Below the pieces are notes generated by a model. That model was not told the DNA's origin. It searched no databases and saw only the letters and a list, made by a program, of their open reading frames with translations. Of a DNA stretch of 64,000 nt, positions 18,283 to 27,298 are shown piece by piece. The stretch's first letter is position 1, and each line of letters starts with the position of its first letter. The translations under genes were made by a program, and so were the position numbers. The stretch comes from Pseudomonadota bacterium (GTDB lineage Bacteria; Pseudomonadota; Gammaproteobacteria; JAKAQQ01). Location of the stretch: NCBI GenBank assembly GCA_021828045.1, contig JAKATI010000002.1, positions 709 to 64,708 on the forward strand, given 5' to 3'.

Positions 18283-18759
18283 TCAGGTGCCCGGGCCTCC
18301 CGGGAGTGGGGGACCCGGCAGTCCCGGCCCGATCGGGCTCGGCATGACCCCGGGAGGGGGAGGGGTGCTGGTCAGGGGGCTCGGCCGGTTGAGGAGCGAA
18401 CGGCCCAAAAATCCGGTCAGGGTGACGAGTGCGCCCGTGCGGCTGCCGGCTGGCCGGACACCGACCCGGACCCGGAGGATCCCCGGAGCGGCCGTGTGTT
18501 CGGCATGAAGGGTCCACCGCCAGCGGATTCCTCCGAGCCGGGCATGGCCGCTACTCCGGCCCAGGCTGGGCCAGGTGGGGGCGAGACGCAGCTCTTCGAT
18601 CTCATTGGCCGCCACATATCCGGCCAGGGTGCGGGCCTCGAGACCATGCGCCACGCGTGTGTTTTCAATCGAGGTGCCGAGCAGGGCAAGCAGTCCGATG
18701 CCGACGATCGCGAGGGCAATCAGGACTTCAAGCAGCGTGAACGCGCGTTGTCCGGTCAT
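18283..18759 (-). CDS. gspI: Type II secretion minor pseudopilin I
   Basis: Prepilin-type N-terminus QRAFTLLEVLIALAIVG. 158 aa with an unusual Pro-rich C-terminal tail. Confidence 0.8.
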   Translation of the reverse strand: MTGQRAFTLLEVLIALAIVGIGLLALLGTSIENTRVAHGLEARTLAGYVAANEIEELRLAPTWPSLGRSSGHARLGGIRWRWTLHAEHTAAPGILRVRVGVRPAGSRTGALVTLTGFLGRSLLNRPSPLTSTPPPPGVMPSPIGPGLPGPPLPGGPGT

Positions 18760-18762
18760 TCT

Positions 18763-19347
18763 TCATGACGAGGCGCGATGGGGGGGGATCAGCGAGAGCT
18801 TTCCCGTGACCTTGCCCTGGATACGGTATGGCCGCCGGTGACCATGGGCCGAGATGCCGATCTCGAAGGCGCTGAGCTGGCCGTTCGGCAGGATCAGGAT
18901 ATCCGGCGGTCGGTGGGCGGGTCTCAGGTGACCGGCCGGGGTCCTGGTCTTGTGCGGGGTCTGGGTCTTGCGGAGCGGTCGCCGCTTCGGCAGATGGAGA
19001 CGGGTTCCGGTCAGATCCAGGCTGATCGTGAGAGCCTGGGGCAGGCGCCGCTGGTGATAGATCGAACTGCGGGCGAAATGCATCCATTGGCCGTGCTCGT
19101 CCCGGAGAAACCAGTAGCGGTGGGCTTCCAGGCACAGCCCGTAGGTCTCCCCCTGGATCACGGCCTGCTGGGAAGCCAGTTCGATGAGGCCGGCCAGCCG
19201 GCGTGCCGCCTGTTCGCGTCGCGAGGCCTGGCCCAGTGCGCTGAGTGAAAGGATCGCGATACCGGTCAGGATGCCCACGATGAGCAGGACAACCAGGATC
19301 TCGATCAGGGTGAATCCGCGCTCCCCCGGCGCCCGATGCCGGATCAT
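18763..19347 (-). CDS. gspH: Type II secretion minor pseudopilin H
   Basis: Prepilin-type N-terminus RGFTLIEILVVLLIVGIL. 194 aa, positioned after gspG with an ATGA-type overlap. Confidence 0.75.
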   Translation of the reverse strand: MIRHRAPGERGFTLIEILVVLLIVGILTGIAILSLSALGQASRREQAARRLAGLIELASQQAVIQGETYGLCLEAHRYWFLRDEHGQWMHFARSSIYHQRRLPQALTISLDLTGTRLHLPKRRPLRKTQTPHKTRTPAGHLRPAHRPPDILILPNGQLSAFEIGISAHGHRRPYRIQGKVTGKLSLIPPHRASS

Positions 19348-19817
19348 CGGGACCGGTCGAGGTTCCAGTTGCCGATCACCCGGTGATGGCCGGATGCCCC
19401 GGGCGGGCCGTCCGTCCAGACATCAAAGGAACCGTGGACGCCCGGGTAGAGGTACTTGTAGGGGTGCCCCCAGGGATCGATCGGGACCTGGTCCAGGTAA
19501 TGATGCCAGTGGGGGGGGATCGGTCCGGAGGTCGGTTTGTCGACCAGGGCCTTGAGTCCCTGGGCGGTGGTCGGATACTCGTAGTTGTCGAGCTTGTACA
19601 TCTCGAGGGCGGCCACGATGGAGCGGATGTCGGCCTTGGCCTTGGTGATCCGGGCCTCTTCGGGCTTGTTGATCACGTTGGGCACGATGATGGTCGCGAG
19701 AATGGCCAGGATCACGACCACGACCATGATTTCAATCAGGGTGAACCCCATCTCCGGATGGGATCGGCCCCGCCGGGGGATCCGGTCCAGTCGTCGGGTG
19801 AGAGATCGGGGGGCCAT
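19344..19817 (-). CDS. gspG: Type II secretion major pseudopilin G
   Basis: GFTLIEIMVVVVILAILATIIVPNV..ARITKAKADI...YKLDNYEYPTTAQGLKALV...DPWGHPYKY matches the GspG consensus. The predicted leader is unusually long (24 aa). Confidence 0.95.
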   Translation of the reverse strand: MAPRSLTRRLDRIPRRGRSHPEMGFTLIEIMVVVVILAILATIIVPNVINKPEEARITKAKADIRSIVAALEMYKLDNYEYPTTAQGLKALVDKPTSGPIPPHWHHYLDQVPIDPWGHPYKYLYPGVHGSFDVWTDGPPGASGHHRVIGNWNLDRSR

Positions 19818-19940
19818 GGGGATCGGTTACACTAGGCTTCCTGGAAGAGACGCGAAAACTGCCTCCGGCAAGCATTCGCAAGGACCGCGCCTTGACGCGG
19901 GGCACATCCTCATCATAGCACTAGTTGGAACAGATCTGGC

Positions 19941-20627
19941 ATGGTTTCCTCTCCCGCAGCTCAGTCCCGTACCCGCTTGGGTTCCCTCCGTGATTGGCTC
20001 AGGCGGGCCGGCCGGGAGGCCTGGCCCGCCATCGTGATCGTCCTGGTTTGCACCGTCCTCCAGCTCGGCGGTTCCGCCTCGCGGCATGCCCTCCGTTATG
20101 ACCGGGCCAAGGTGCTGGGTGGAGAGTGGTGGCGGCTCGTCACGGCAAACTTCATCCATTCGAGCTGGGCGCATCTCGGGCTCGATCTGTCCGGTTTCGT
20201 GCTCCTGTGGCTGCTTTTTGGAGCGATCTTGGGCATACGGCGCTTCTGGATCGCGACGATCGTGGGGGCGGTGGCGGTCGGATTGGGAGTTTTTCTGTTC
20301 TCGCCGGGGGTTTTCTGGTTCGACGGCATCTCGGGCGTCCTCCATACCTACTGGGCGGCCGGTGCGCTCCTCGCGGTCTACCGCCGTGAGTGGGGCGGGC
20401 GCTGGCTTTTGGCCTTCCTGGTTCTCAAACTGGGCTACGAACGGCTATTCGGACCGTTGCCGACTTCGCATTGGGCCATCGGCGGCCCCATTCTCACCAT
20501 TGCCCACCTGTATGGTGCGATCGCAGGGGCCCTGCTCGGTCTCCTGTGGATCGCACGTGACCGCCGGAGGGCCCGCCAGCCGGTCCCGGGGATGGTTCCC
20601 CCTCCTTCCCAATCGCCTGGAGACTGA
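19941..20627 (+). CDS. rrtA: Rhomboid-family intramembrane serine protease, rhombosortase-like
   Basis: GEWWRLVTANFIHSSWAHLGLDL, catalytic GISGVLH and a downstream AHLYGAIAG His motif. Six or more TM segments and a short (228 aa) rhombosortase-like length. Confidence 0.7.
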   Translation: MVSSPAAQSRTRLGSLRDWLRRAGREAWPAIVIVLVCTVLQLGGSASRHALRYDRAKVLGGEWWRLVTANFIHSSWAHLGLDLSGFVLLWLLFGAILGIRRFWIATIVGAVAVGLGVFLFSPGVFWFDGISGVLHTYWAAGALLAVYRREWGGRWLLAFLVLKLGYERLFGPLPTSHWAIGGPILTIAHLYGAIAGALLGLLWIARDRRRARQPVPGMVPPPSQSPGD

Positions 20628-20630
20628 ATC

Positions 20631-21560
20631 ATGAGCCGGACTGCAATGGTTTTCCCGGGACAAGGTTCGCAAAAGGTCGGCATGCTCGCCGATCTGGCCG
20701 ACGATCACGTCCTGGTCCAGATTTTTGAGACGGTTTCCCGGGAGATCGGCCGTGATCTCAGGCGGCTCGCGATTGAAGGACCACCCGCGGACCTGGATTC
20801 CACGACCGTGACCCAGCCACTCATGCTGGCCACGGACGTTGCCTTTTATGCCATCCAGCGCGTCCAGGGAGGGGCGAAGCCGGGGGTCGTGGCCGGACAC
20901 AGCCTGGGAGAATATCCGGCACTCTACGTGGCCGGGGTGCTTGAGCTTCCGGCCCTGGCCCGTCTGGTTGCGGTGCGTGCCCGGCTCATGCAGGAGGCGG
21001 TGGCCCCCGGAGCCGGTGCCATGGCGGCCATTCTCGGATTGGATGGGCCGGCGCTCGAGGCGGTTTGCCGGAACGTGACCTCTGGGGTCGTCGAGGCAGT
21101 CAACTACAACTGCCCCGGCCAGATCGTGATCGCAGGCGAGCGGGCTGCCGTGGAAGCGGCCATGGTTGCCGCCCGGGCCGCCGGCGCGAAAAGGGCCCTC
21201 CTCCTGCCCGTGAGCGTGCCAGCACACAGTTCGCTCATGAAGAAGGCATCCCGGGCCTACGCCCACGAACTCGCCCAGTACGATCTCAAGCCACCGGTCC
21301 TGCCGGTGGTGCACAACGCCGACCTCGCGGAGCATCCCGACCCCGCCTCCATCCGCGAAGCCCTGGCGGCCCAGCTTGCCAGTCCGGTGCGCTGGACGGA
21401 AACGATTGAGCATCTGCGCGACCGGCATGGGGTCTCCCGCATCGTGGAATGCGGACCGGGGCGGATCCTCCTCGGTCTCGACCGGCGCATTGCTCCCGAG
21501 ATCGAGCACCGGAGTCTTGAGAACCGTGAGACCATCCTTCAATATGCCGAAACCCGCTGA
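20631..21560 (+). CDS. fabD: Malonyl-CoA:ACP transacylase
   Basis: FPGQGSQ, GHSLGEY active-site serine motif, 309 aa, fab cluster. Confidence 0.95.
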   Translation: MSRTAMVFPGQGSQKVGMLADLADDHVLVQIFETVSREIGRDLRRLAIEGPPADLDSTTVTQPLMLATDVAFYAIQRVQGGAKPGVVAGHSLGEYPALYVAGVLELPALARLVAVRARLMQEAVAPGAGAMAAILGLDGPALEAVCRNVTSGVVEAVNYNCPGQIVIAGERAAVEAAMVAARAAGAKRALLLPVSVPAHSSLMKKASRAYAHELAQYDLKPPVLPVVHNADLAEHPDPASIREALAAQLASPVRWTETIEHLRDRHGVSRIVECGPGRILLGLDRRIAPEIEHRSLENRETILQYAETR

Positions 21561-21572
21561 GGGAGGAAATCC

Positions 21573-22322
21573 ATGAACGGCAAGTCAGGTTTTGCGTTGG
21601 TGACCGGTGCCAGCCGGGGGATTGGCCAGGCGGTCCTCGAGCGCTTGGCGGGCGATGGTTTTGCGGTGGTCGGGACGGCAACGACCGAGGAGGGGGCGAT
21701 GCGGATCGGCGAACTGCTGTCCCGTCACGGCTGTCCCGGGACTGGCTGGATGCTCGATCTCGGCCGGACGGATGCCTCGACGATGGAGGAGAGCGTGCGG
21801 GGTTTCGAGACCACCTTCGGACCGGTCCGGGTCTTGGTCAACAACGCCGGGATCGCCCGCGACGATCTCATGCTCCGGATGGACGAGGAGGCCTGGCAGG
21901 CGGTGCTCGAGGTTGACCTCACCGCCGTCTTCCGGCTGACCCGGATCTGCCTGCGCACCATGCTCAAGGAGCGGTGGGGCCGCATCATCAACATGGCCTC
22001 CGTGGTGGCCCTGTCCGGCAATCCGGGCCAGGTCAACTACGCGGCGGCGAAAGGCGGCCTGCTTGGACTCACGCGTTCTTTGGCCCAGGAGGTGGGATCG
22101 CGGGGGATCACGGTCAACGCCGTGGCTCCGGGCTTCATCGAGACCGACATGACCCGGGCGCTCAATCCGCAACAGCGGGAGCGGCTCACGGACCGGATCC
22201 CCCTGAGACGGCTCGGGACCCCCGTGGACGTGGCCGCTTGTGTCGGCTTTTTGGCCTCGCCGGGGGCCGGGTACATCACGGGAGAGACCCTGCAGGTCAA
22301 TGGGGGCATGTACATGTCATGA
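21573..22322 (+). CDS. fabG: 3-oxoacyl-ACP reductase
   Basis: TGASRGIG, NNAG and YAAAK motifs. 249 aa, lying between fabD and acpP. Confidence 0.95.
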   Translation: MNGKSGFALVTGASRGIGQAVLERLAGDGFAVVGTATTEEGAMRIGELLSRHGCPGTGWMLDLGRTDASTMEESVRGFETTFGPVRVLVNNAGIARDDLMLRMDEEAWQAVLEVDLTAVFRLTRICLRTMLKERWGRIINMASVVALSGNPGQVNYAAAKGGLLGLTRSLAQEVGSRGITVNAVAPGFIETDMTRALNPQQRERLTDRIPLRRLGTPVDVAACVGFLASPGAGYITGETLQVNGGMYMS

Positions 22323-22454
22323 ACACTTTCACGGCAAAGGTCATGAATCTTATGGACTTCATCATCGAGTTGCGGAGCGAGGATTTTTTTTGGCTACAAT
22401 TGCCGTTCCGGCGCCTTGGCGTCATTTTGTCAATCTGATGGGGACTCGAGACAC

Positions 22455-22697
22455 ATGAGCAATATCGAAGAGCGAGTCAAGAAAATTATCGTGGAGCAGC
22501 TGGGCGTCAAGGAAGAGCAGGTCAAGCCTGAGGCCTCATTCGTCGACGATCTGGGTGCCGATTCGCTGGACAATGTGGAGCTGGTGATGGCGCTTGAAGA
22601 GGAGTTCGAGTGCGAGATCCCGGACGAGGAGGCCGAGAAGATCACGACCGTCCAGCAGGCCGTGGATTACATCAAGGCCCATACCGAAACGCATTGA
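22455..22697 (+). CDS. acpP: Acyl carrier protein
   Basis: [18 protein letters not shown]...DLGADSLD (phosphopantetheine Ser). 80 aa. The ORF-track start 22416 is an over-extension. Confidence 0.97.
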   Translation: MSNIEERVKKIIVEQLGVKEEQVKPEASFVDDLGADSLDNVELVMALEEEFECEIPDEEAEKITTVQQAVDYIKAHTETH

Positions 22698-22782
22698 ACA
22701 CGGGAGGGAAATCCAGACCGACCGGAGGCGGGAGGCGGGTGCCGGGGCAGGTTCTTGGAAAGAGGGCCGGGCCGTGACTGGC

Positions 22783-24021
22783 ATGCGGGTCGTGGTCACC
22801 GGCGCGGGGCTGATCTCGCCGGTCGGTTTGGAGGTGGAGACGGCATGGAAGAACGTCCTTGAGGGACGTCACGGCTTTTCCGCCATTACCCATTTTGATG
22901 CCTCGGGCTATCCCACCCGTTTTGCCGGCGAGGTCAAGGATTTCGATCCCAACCGTTATCTGGTTCCGAAAGAGGCACGGAAAATGGATCCCTTCATGCA
23001 GTATGGCGTGGCAGCGGGACGGCTGGCCTTCGAGTCGGCGGGACTGGAAGTGGTCGAGGGAGAGGCGGCCGAACGGCGTGGCGTGATCATCGGAGCCGGG
23101 ATCGGGGGGATCCTCAGCATCGAGAAGATCCGTGATCTGGTCCGGGATTACGACGGGCCCAAAAAGGTTTCACCGTTTTTCGTGCCGAGTTCCATCATCA
23201 ACATGGTGGCTGGGCACCTGTCGATCCTCTATCAGTTGAAGGGTCCCAACCTGGGACTGGCCACGGCCTGTACCACGGGAACCCACTGCATCGGTTATGC
23301 GGCCCGGATCATCGAACGGGGCGATGCCGATGTGATGCTCGCGGGTGGTGCCGAGATGGCCATCTCGCCGGGGGGCGTGTCCGGCTTTTGCGCGGCGCGG
23401 GCCCTGTCCACCCGGAATGAGGATCCCGGCCGGGCCAGCCGGCCGTGGGATCAGGACCGTGATGGTTTTGTTTTGTCGGACGGAGCCGCCGTCCTGGTTC
23501 TCGAGTCTCTTGATCATGCGCGCGCCCGTGGTGCCCGGATCTGGGGTGAACTCATCGGCTTCGGGGCCAGTGCCGATGCCTTCCACATCACCGCCCCGCC
23601 CGAGGATGGAGCGGGAGCGGCGCTCTGCATGCGGCTCGCCCTCAAGGATGCGGGCCTGTCACCGGGCCAGATCGACTACATCAATGCCCACGGGACCTCA
23701 ACCGTGGTGGGTGACCTTGCCGAATCCCGTGCGATTGAGGCGGTCTGGGGTGCGGACGTGCGGCACCTCGCCGTGAGCTCCACCAAATCGGTGACTGGAC
23801 ATCTCCTCGGGGCTGCGGGAGCCATTGAGGCCATTTTCTGCCTGCTCGCATTGCGCGACCAGGTCATCCCGGCGACGTTCAACCTGGAGCACCCGGGTGA
23901 GGGATGCACCCTGGACTATGTGCCGGGCGAGTCCAGGCCGGCCCGCCTGGACATCGTCCTGTCGAACTCCTTCGGGTTCGGCGGAACCAACGGCACTCTG
24001 GTGTTCAAGGCGTATCGCTGA
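22783..24021 (+). CDS. fabF: 3-oxoacyl-ACP synthase II
   Basis: MRVVVTGAGLISPVG, active-site ACTTG Cys and the HGTST/GHLLGAAG motifs. 412 aa. Confidence 0.95.
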   Translation: MRVVVTGAGLISPVGLEVETAWKNVLEGRHGFSAITHFDASGYPTRFAGEVKDFDPNRYLVPKEARKMDPFMQYGVAAGRLAFESAGLEVVEGEAAERRGVIIGAGIGGILSIEKIRDLVRDYDGPKKVSPFFVPSSIINMVAGHLSILYQLKGPNLGLATACTTGTHCIGYAARIIERGDADVMLAGGAEMAISPGGVSGFCAARALSTRNEDPGRASRPWDQDRDGFVLSDGAAVLVLESLDHARARGARIWGELIGFGASADAFHITAPPEDGAGAALCMRLALKDAGLSPGQIDYINAHGTSTVVGDLAESRAIEAVWGADVRHLAVSSTKSVTGHLLGAAGAIEAIFCLLALRDQVIPATFNLEHPGEGCTLDYVPGESRPARLDIVLSNSFGFGGTNGTLVFKAYR

Positions 24022-24093
24022 GCGGATCGTGACAACCCGTTCCGGCCGGTCACCCGGGGATTTCCGGCTCCTCCCTCCCCGGGGGGTGGAGGA

Positions 24094-25152
24094 ATGGAAA
24101 ACGAGAACAGCCGGATGAACAAAACGCGCGGTGTGACCCGGGTCCGATGGGTGCTCTGGGCCGGCTTTGTCGCGGTCCTTCTGGCCGTTGCGGTTGCCTT
24201 GGGCATGTGGTTCCGGGCCGTGAATGCGCCGATCAAGCTCGCGCAGGCCGAGACGGTGACCCTGCATCGGGGCGAAACCCTGCACCACCTGAGTCTCCGT
24301 TTGCAAAAGCGGGGGATCCTTTCGCACTGGTGGACCTTTGACCTTTTGGGCCGTCTGCTCGGGATGGCTCGGAAACTCCAGGCGGGACAATACCGCCTGA
24401 CCCCCGGCATGAGCCAGGTCAGGCTCCTGCGCCACCTGGTCGCGGGCCGGGTCATCCTCTACCGCTTTACGATCGTTCCGGGCGAGACCTTCGATGAACT
24501 GAGGGCGGCGCTGATCGCGGATCCCGAACTCCGGAAACCCGCGCAACAGCCCGTCTCGGCATCCTGGGTCATGCAGGCGGTGGGGCATCCGGCGGAGAGC
24601 CCGGAGGGGGTTTTCGCACCCGAAACCTATTTCTTTCCCCAAAAGACCCCCGTTTCCAGCCTCCTCCTCAGGGCCTATCATCGGATGGCCGATTTTCTCG
24701 GAAGAGCCTGGATCCATCGCGAGCGGACCCCGGTCCTCAAGACACCCTACCAGGCCCTGATCCTGGCGTCCCTGATTGAGAAGGAATCGGCCTACCGGAA
24801 GGAACGTCCGGAGATCGCCGGGGTGTTCATTCGCCGCCTCCTGCTCGGCATGCCGCTCGAGAGTGATCCCACGGTCATCTACGCGCTGGGCCCCCACTTT
24901 TCAGGACCGTTGACGGCGCGCGACATGACGGTGTCCAGTCCCTGGAACACCTACCGTCATCATGGCCTGCCCCCGACTCCGATCTGCTACCCCAGCCGCA
25001 ATGCCCTCCGGGCCGCCCTCCATCCCAAGATCGGACGGAATCTCTATTTCGTCGCGATGGGGAATGGACGGCATATTTTTGCCCGCACCCTGAGCCAGCA
25101 GGACCGGCACATTGCCCGCTATCTCTTGCGGAAAAAGGGGAAGAAACCGTGA
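24094..25152 (+). CDS. mltG: Endolytic murein transglycosylase MltG (YceG)
   Basis: N-terminal TM, YceG-like motifs (LASLIEKE, NTYRHHGLPPTPI) and fabF-mltG-tmk synteny. Confidence 0.9.
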   Translation: MENENSRMNKTRGVTRVRWVLWAGFVAVLLAVAVALGMWFRAVNAPIKLAQAETVTLHRGETLHHLSLRLQKRGILSHWWTFDLLGRLLGMARKLQAGQYRLTPGMSQVRLLRHLVAGRVILYRFTIVPGETFDELRAALIADPELRKPAQQPVSASWVMQAVGHPAESPEGVFAPETYFFPQKTPVSSLLLRAYHRMADFLGRAWIHRERTPVLKTPYQALILASLIEKESAYRKERPEIAGVFIRRLLLGMPLESDPTVIYALGPHFSGPLTARDMTVSSPWNTYRHHGLPPTPICYPSRNALRAALHPKIGRNLYFVAMGNGRHIFARTLSQQDRHIARYLLRKKGKKP

Positions 25153-25814
25153 CCCGGGGACGCTTGATCACCTTGGAGGGTGGCGATGGCGCAGGGAAGA
25201 CCAGCCAGGCCGGCTGGGTCCGTGACCTCATCCGGGCCCAGGGCGTTTCACTCCTCGAGACGCACGAGCCCGGGGGAACCCCTCTGGCCGAGACGATCCG
25301 GGAGTGGGTATTGTCCCCGGCCGGCGATCCGCCCGAGGCCATGGCCGAGCTCTTGCTTGTTTTTGCCGCGCGCCGGCAACACTGGGTGCAACGGATCGGG
25401 CCCGCACTCGAGTCCGGGATCTGGGTGCTCTGCGACCGTTTCGTGGATTCCACCTATGCCTACCAGGGAGCGGGACGCGGCCTGCCCATCGCCTGGATTG
25501 CCATGCTCGAGCACTGGGTCCTGGGATCAGCCGGCCGACCGGACCTCACCCTGTACTTCGACACCCCGGTGGATCTGGCCCTGGATCGGGTCCGTCAGCG
25601 CGGGCGGTTGAACCGGATGGAACGGGAGGGGCTCGACTGGCATGAGCGGGTGCGGTCCGGGTACCAATCCCGCCTGGAGGCGGATCCCGGACGCTTCATC
25701 CGGATCGAGGGGGGACTGCCCCCGGAAAAGATCCGGGCGATGATCGAGGCGGCCTTGACTCCTCGCTTCCGGGCTTGGGCAAGTGGGGACCTGCCCCAAG
25801 ATCCATCGCGATGA
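25149..25814 (+). CDS. tmk: Thymidylate kinase
   Basis: P-loop LEGGDGAGKTSQ and a DRF..S..AYQ motif. GTGA overlap with mltG. Confidence 0.9.
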   Translation: MTRGRLITLEGGDGAGKTSQAGWVRDLIRAQGVSLLETHEPGGTPLAETIREWVLSPAGDPPEAMAELLLVFAARRQHWVQRIGPALESGIWVLCDRFVDSTYAYQGAGRGLPIAWIAMLEHWVLGSAGRPDLTLYFDTPVDLALDRVRQRGRLNRMEREGLDWHERVRSGYQSRLEADPGRFIRIEGGLPPEKIRAMIEAALTPRFRAWASGDLPQDPSR

Positions 25815-26737
25815 ACCTGCCTGGCGCGAACCGTGCGACGGAGGAGCGGAACGACTGGGGGATCTCCCCCTCGTTACTGGCTTCCCTGAGACCGGCGGGG
25901 GGCGGAGCGGTGGCCTCCGGCGCGATCCTCATCACCGGTGCAACCGAATCCCGGAGATGGCGTTTGGCGGCCCATCTCATCGAGCGGCTCCTGTGCGAGA
26001 GCGAATCCGCTGATCCCCCCTGTGGGAGCTGCTGGTCCTGCCGGCAACGGCAGGCGGGCCATGCCCACCCCGATCTCCAAGCCATCGGGGACGAACCCGA
26101 GCAGATCGGGATCGACGAGATCCGTGCCCTGGAAGACACGCTGGCGCTGACCGCCCATCGCGGCGGATGGAAGGTCGGCTGGATCCCTCGCGCCAACCGG
26201 CTGACGGAAGGGGCAGCCAATGCCTTCCTCAAGACCCTGGAGGAACCCCCCCCGCATGCCTTTTATCTCCTGGAAGCCGCCCGGCCTCGTGCACTCAAGG
26301 CAACGCTCAGGAGCCGCTGCCAGCGCTGGACCTTGCACGCGCCGGAGATGGTTTCCGGATTCGGGCCCCCGGAGTCGGAGGCTCAGGTCGCGGAATGGGC
26401 GGACGAATGCGAACGGATGTTTCGGGGAGAAATGAGTCCCTTGTCGCAGGTCCGGGAACGACTGCCCTTGACGTGGGCCGACCAGGCCCGGCTCTGGTCG
26501 CAGTGCCTGTGGACTGCGAGCCGGCAACACCTGGGCTGGCCGGTTGCCTTGCGCTTGCCCCAAGCCCTCGAACGGCGGCTCGGTGCCCTGCCCGTGGACA
26601 GCCTTGAGCTCCTGTATACTCGGGCCCGCGAGACCGAGCGCATGGCGCAGGCCGGTATCAATCAAAGGCTTGCCCTGGAAGCGCTGGTTGTGGGTATTGC
26701 CCGGGAGGTGCATCGGTATGCCTCAAAATCCGACTAA
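25811..26737 (+). CDS. holB: DNA polymerase III delta' subunit
   Basis: Zn-module-like CGSCWSCRQRQAGHAHPD and an [12 protein letters not shown] motif. ATGA overlap with tmk. The ORF-track start 25775 is an alternative. Confidence 0.85.
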   Translation: MNLPGANRATEERNDWGISPSLLASLRPAGGGAVASGAILITGATESRRWRLAAHLIERLLCESESADPPCGSCWSCRQRQAGHAHPDLQAIGDEPEQIGIDEIRALEDTLALTAHRGGWKVGWIPRANRLTEGAANAFLKTLEEPPPHAFYLLEAARPRALKATLRSRCQRWTLHAPEMVSGFGPPESEAQVAEWADECERMFRGEMSPLSQVRERLPLTWADQARLWSQCLWTASRQHLGWPVALRLPQALERRLGALPVDSLELLYTRARETERMAQAGINQRLALEALVVGIAREVHRYASKSD

Positions 26738-27080
26738 CCGGTTCATCAAGCTCGCCTTTGCCGATCTGGACGAGCTCTATCGCTGTTACATGCCCTTCAT
26801 CAGCGGGGGAGGGCTCTTTCTGACCATGGAGACCGGTTTTCGTCTGGGGGACTCCTTGTTCCTGTTGATCGAACTGCCCCGCGAGAGCCAGCCGGTCGGA
26901 GTTGAAGGACGGGTCGTCTGGGTCACGCCGATCGGGATCGGAAACCGCTTCCGTGCCCAAGGGGCGAACCATGGGATCGGTGTCCAGTTCGTCGGAGAAA
27001 CGGCCAAGGTGACGCAGCTCAAGCTCGAAAAGCTGTTGACCGGTAGGCTGCCTGGCGTCAGGCCGACGCATACGTTGTAA
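26718..27080 (+). CDS. pilZ: PilZ-domain protein (type IV pilus assembly PilZ-like)
   Basis: 120 aa with the PilZ fold pattern (GGLFLTME...GRVVWVTP). It holds the conserved slot after holB, as in pseudomonads. Confidence 0.75.
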   Translation: MPQNPTNRFIKLAFADLDELYRCYMPFISGGGLFLTMETGFRLGDSLFLLIELPRESQPVGVEGRVVWVTPIGIGNRFRAQGANHGIGVQFVGETAKVTQLKLEKLLTGRLPGVRPTHTL

Positions 27081-27201
27081 AAAAATGCGGGAATCCCCCT
27101 CCAATTTCGAGGGGTGGGAGGAAACGGGGCCACCGGCATCTTTTCGGGCTCGGTTCAGGAAGCGAAAGGAACCGGCGGGCGGTCCTCGCCATAGAGGATC
27201 C

Positions 27202-27220
27202 ACGGGTACGCACCCGTTTT
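27202..27220 (+). terminator. Candidate intrinsic terminator after pilZ
   Basis: Hairpin ACGGGT-ACGC-ACCCGT followed by TTT. A second hairpin, CCCCTC-N7-GAGGGG, lies at 27096-27114. Confidence 0.35.
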
Positions 27221-27298
27221 GGCAGGCATCAGGATGCCCGGGGACTTCTGCTATCATAGCCATCGGTCCGGTTTTCCCTATATGGCCCTGATCCATCC

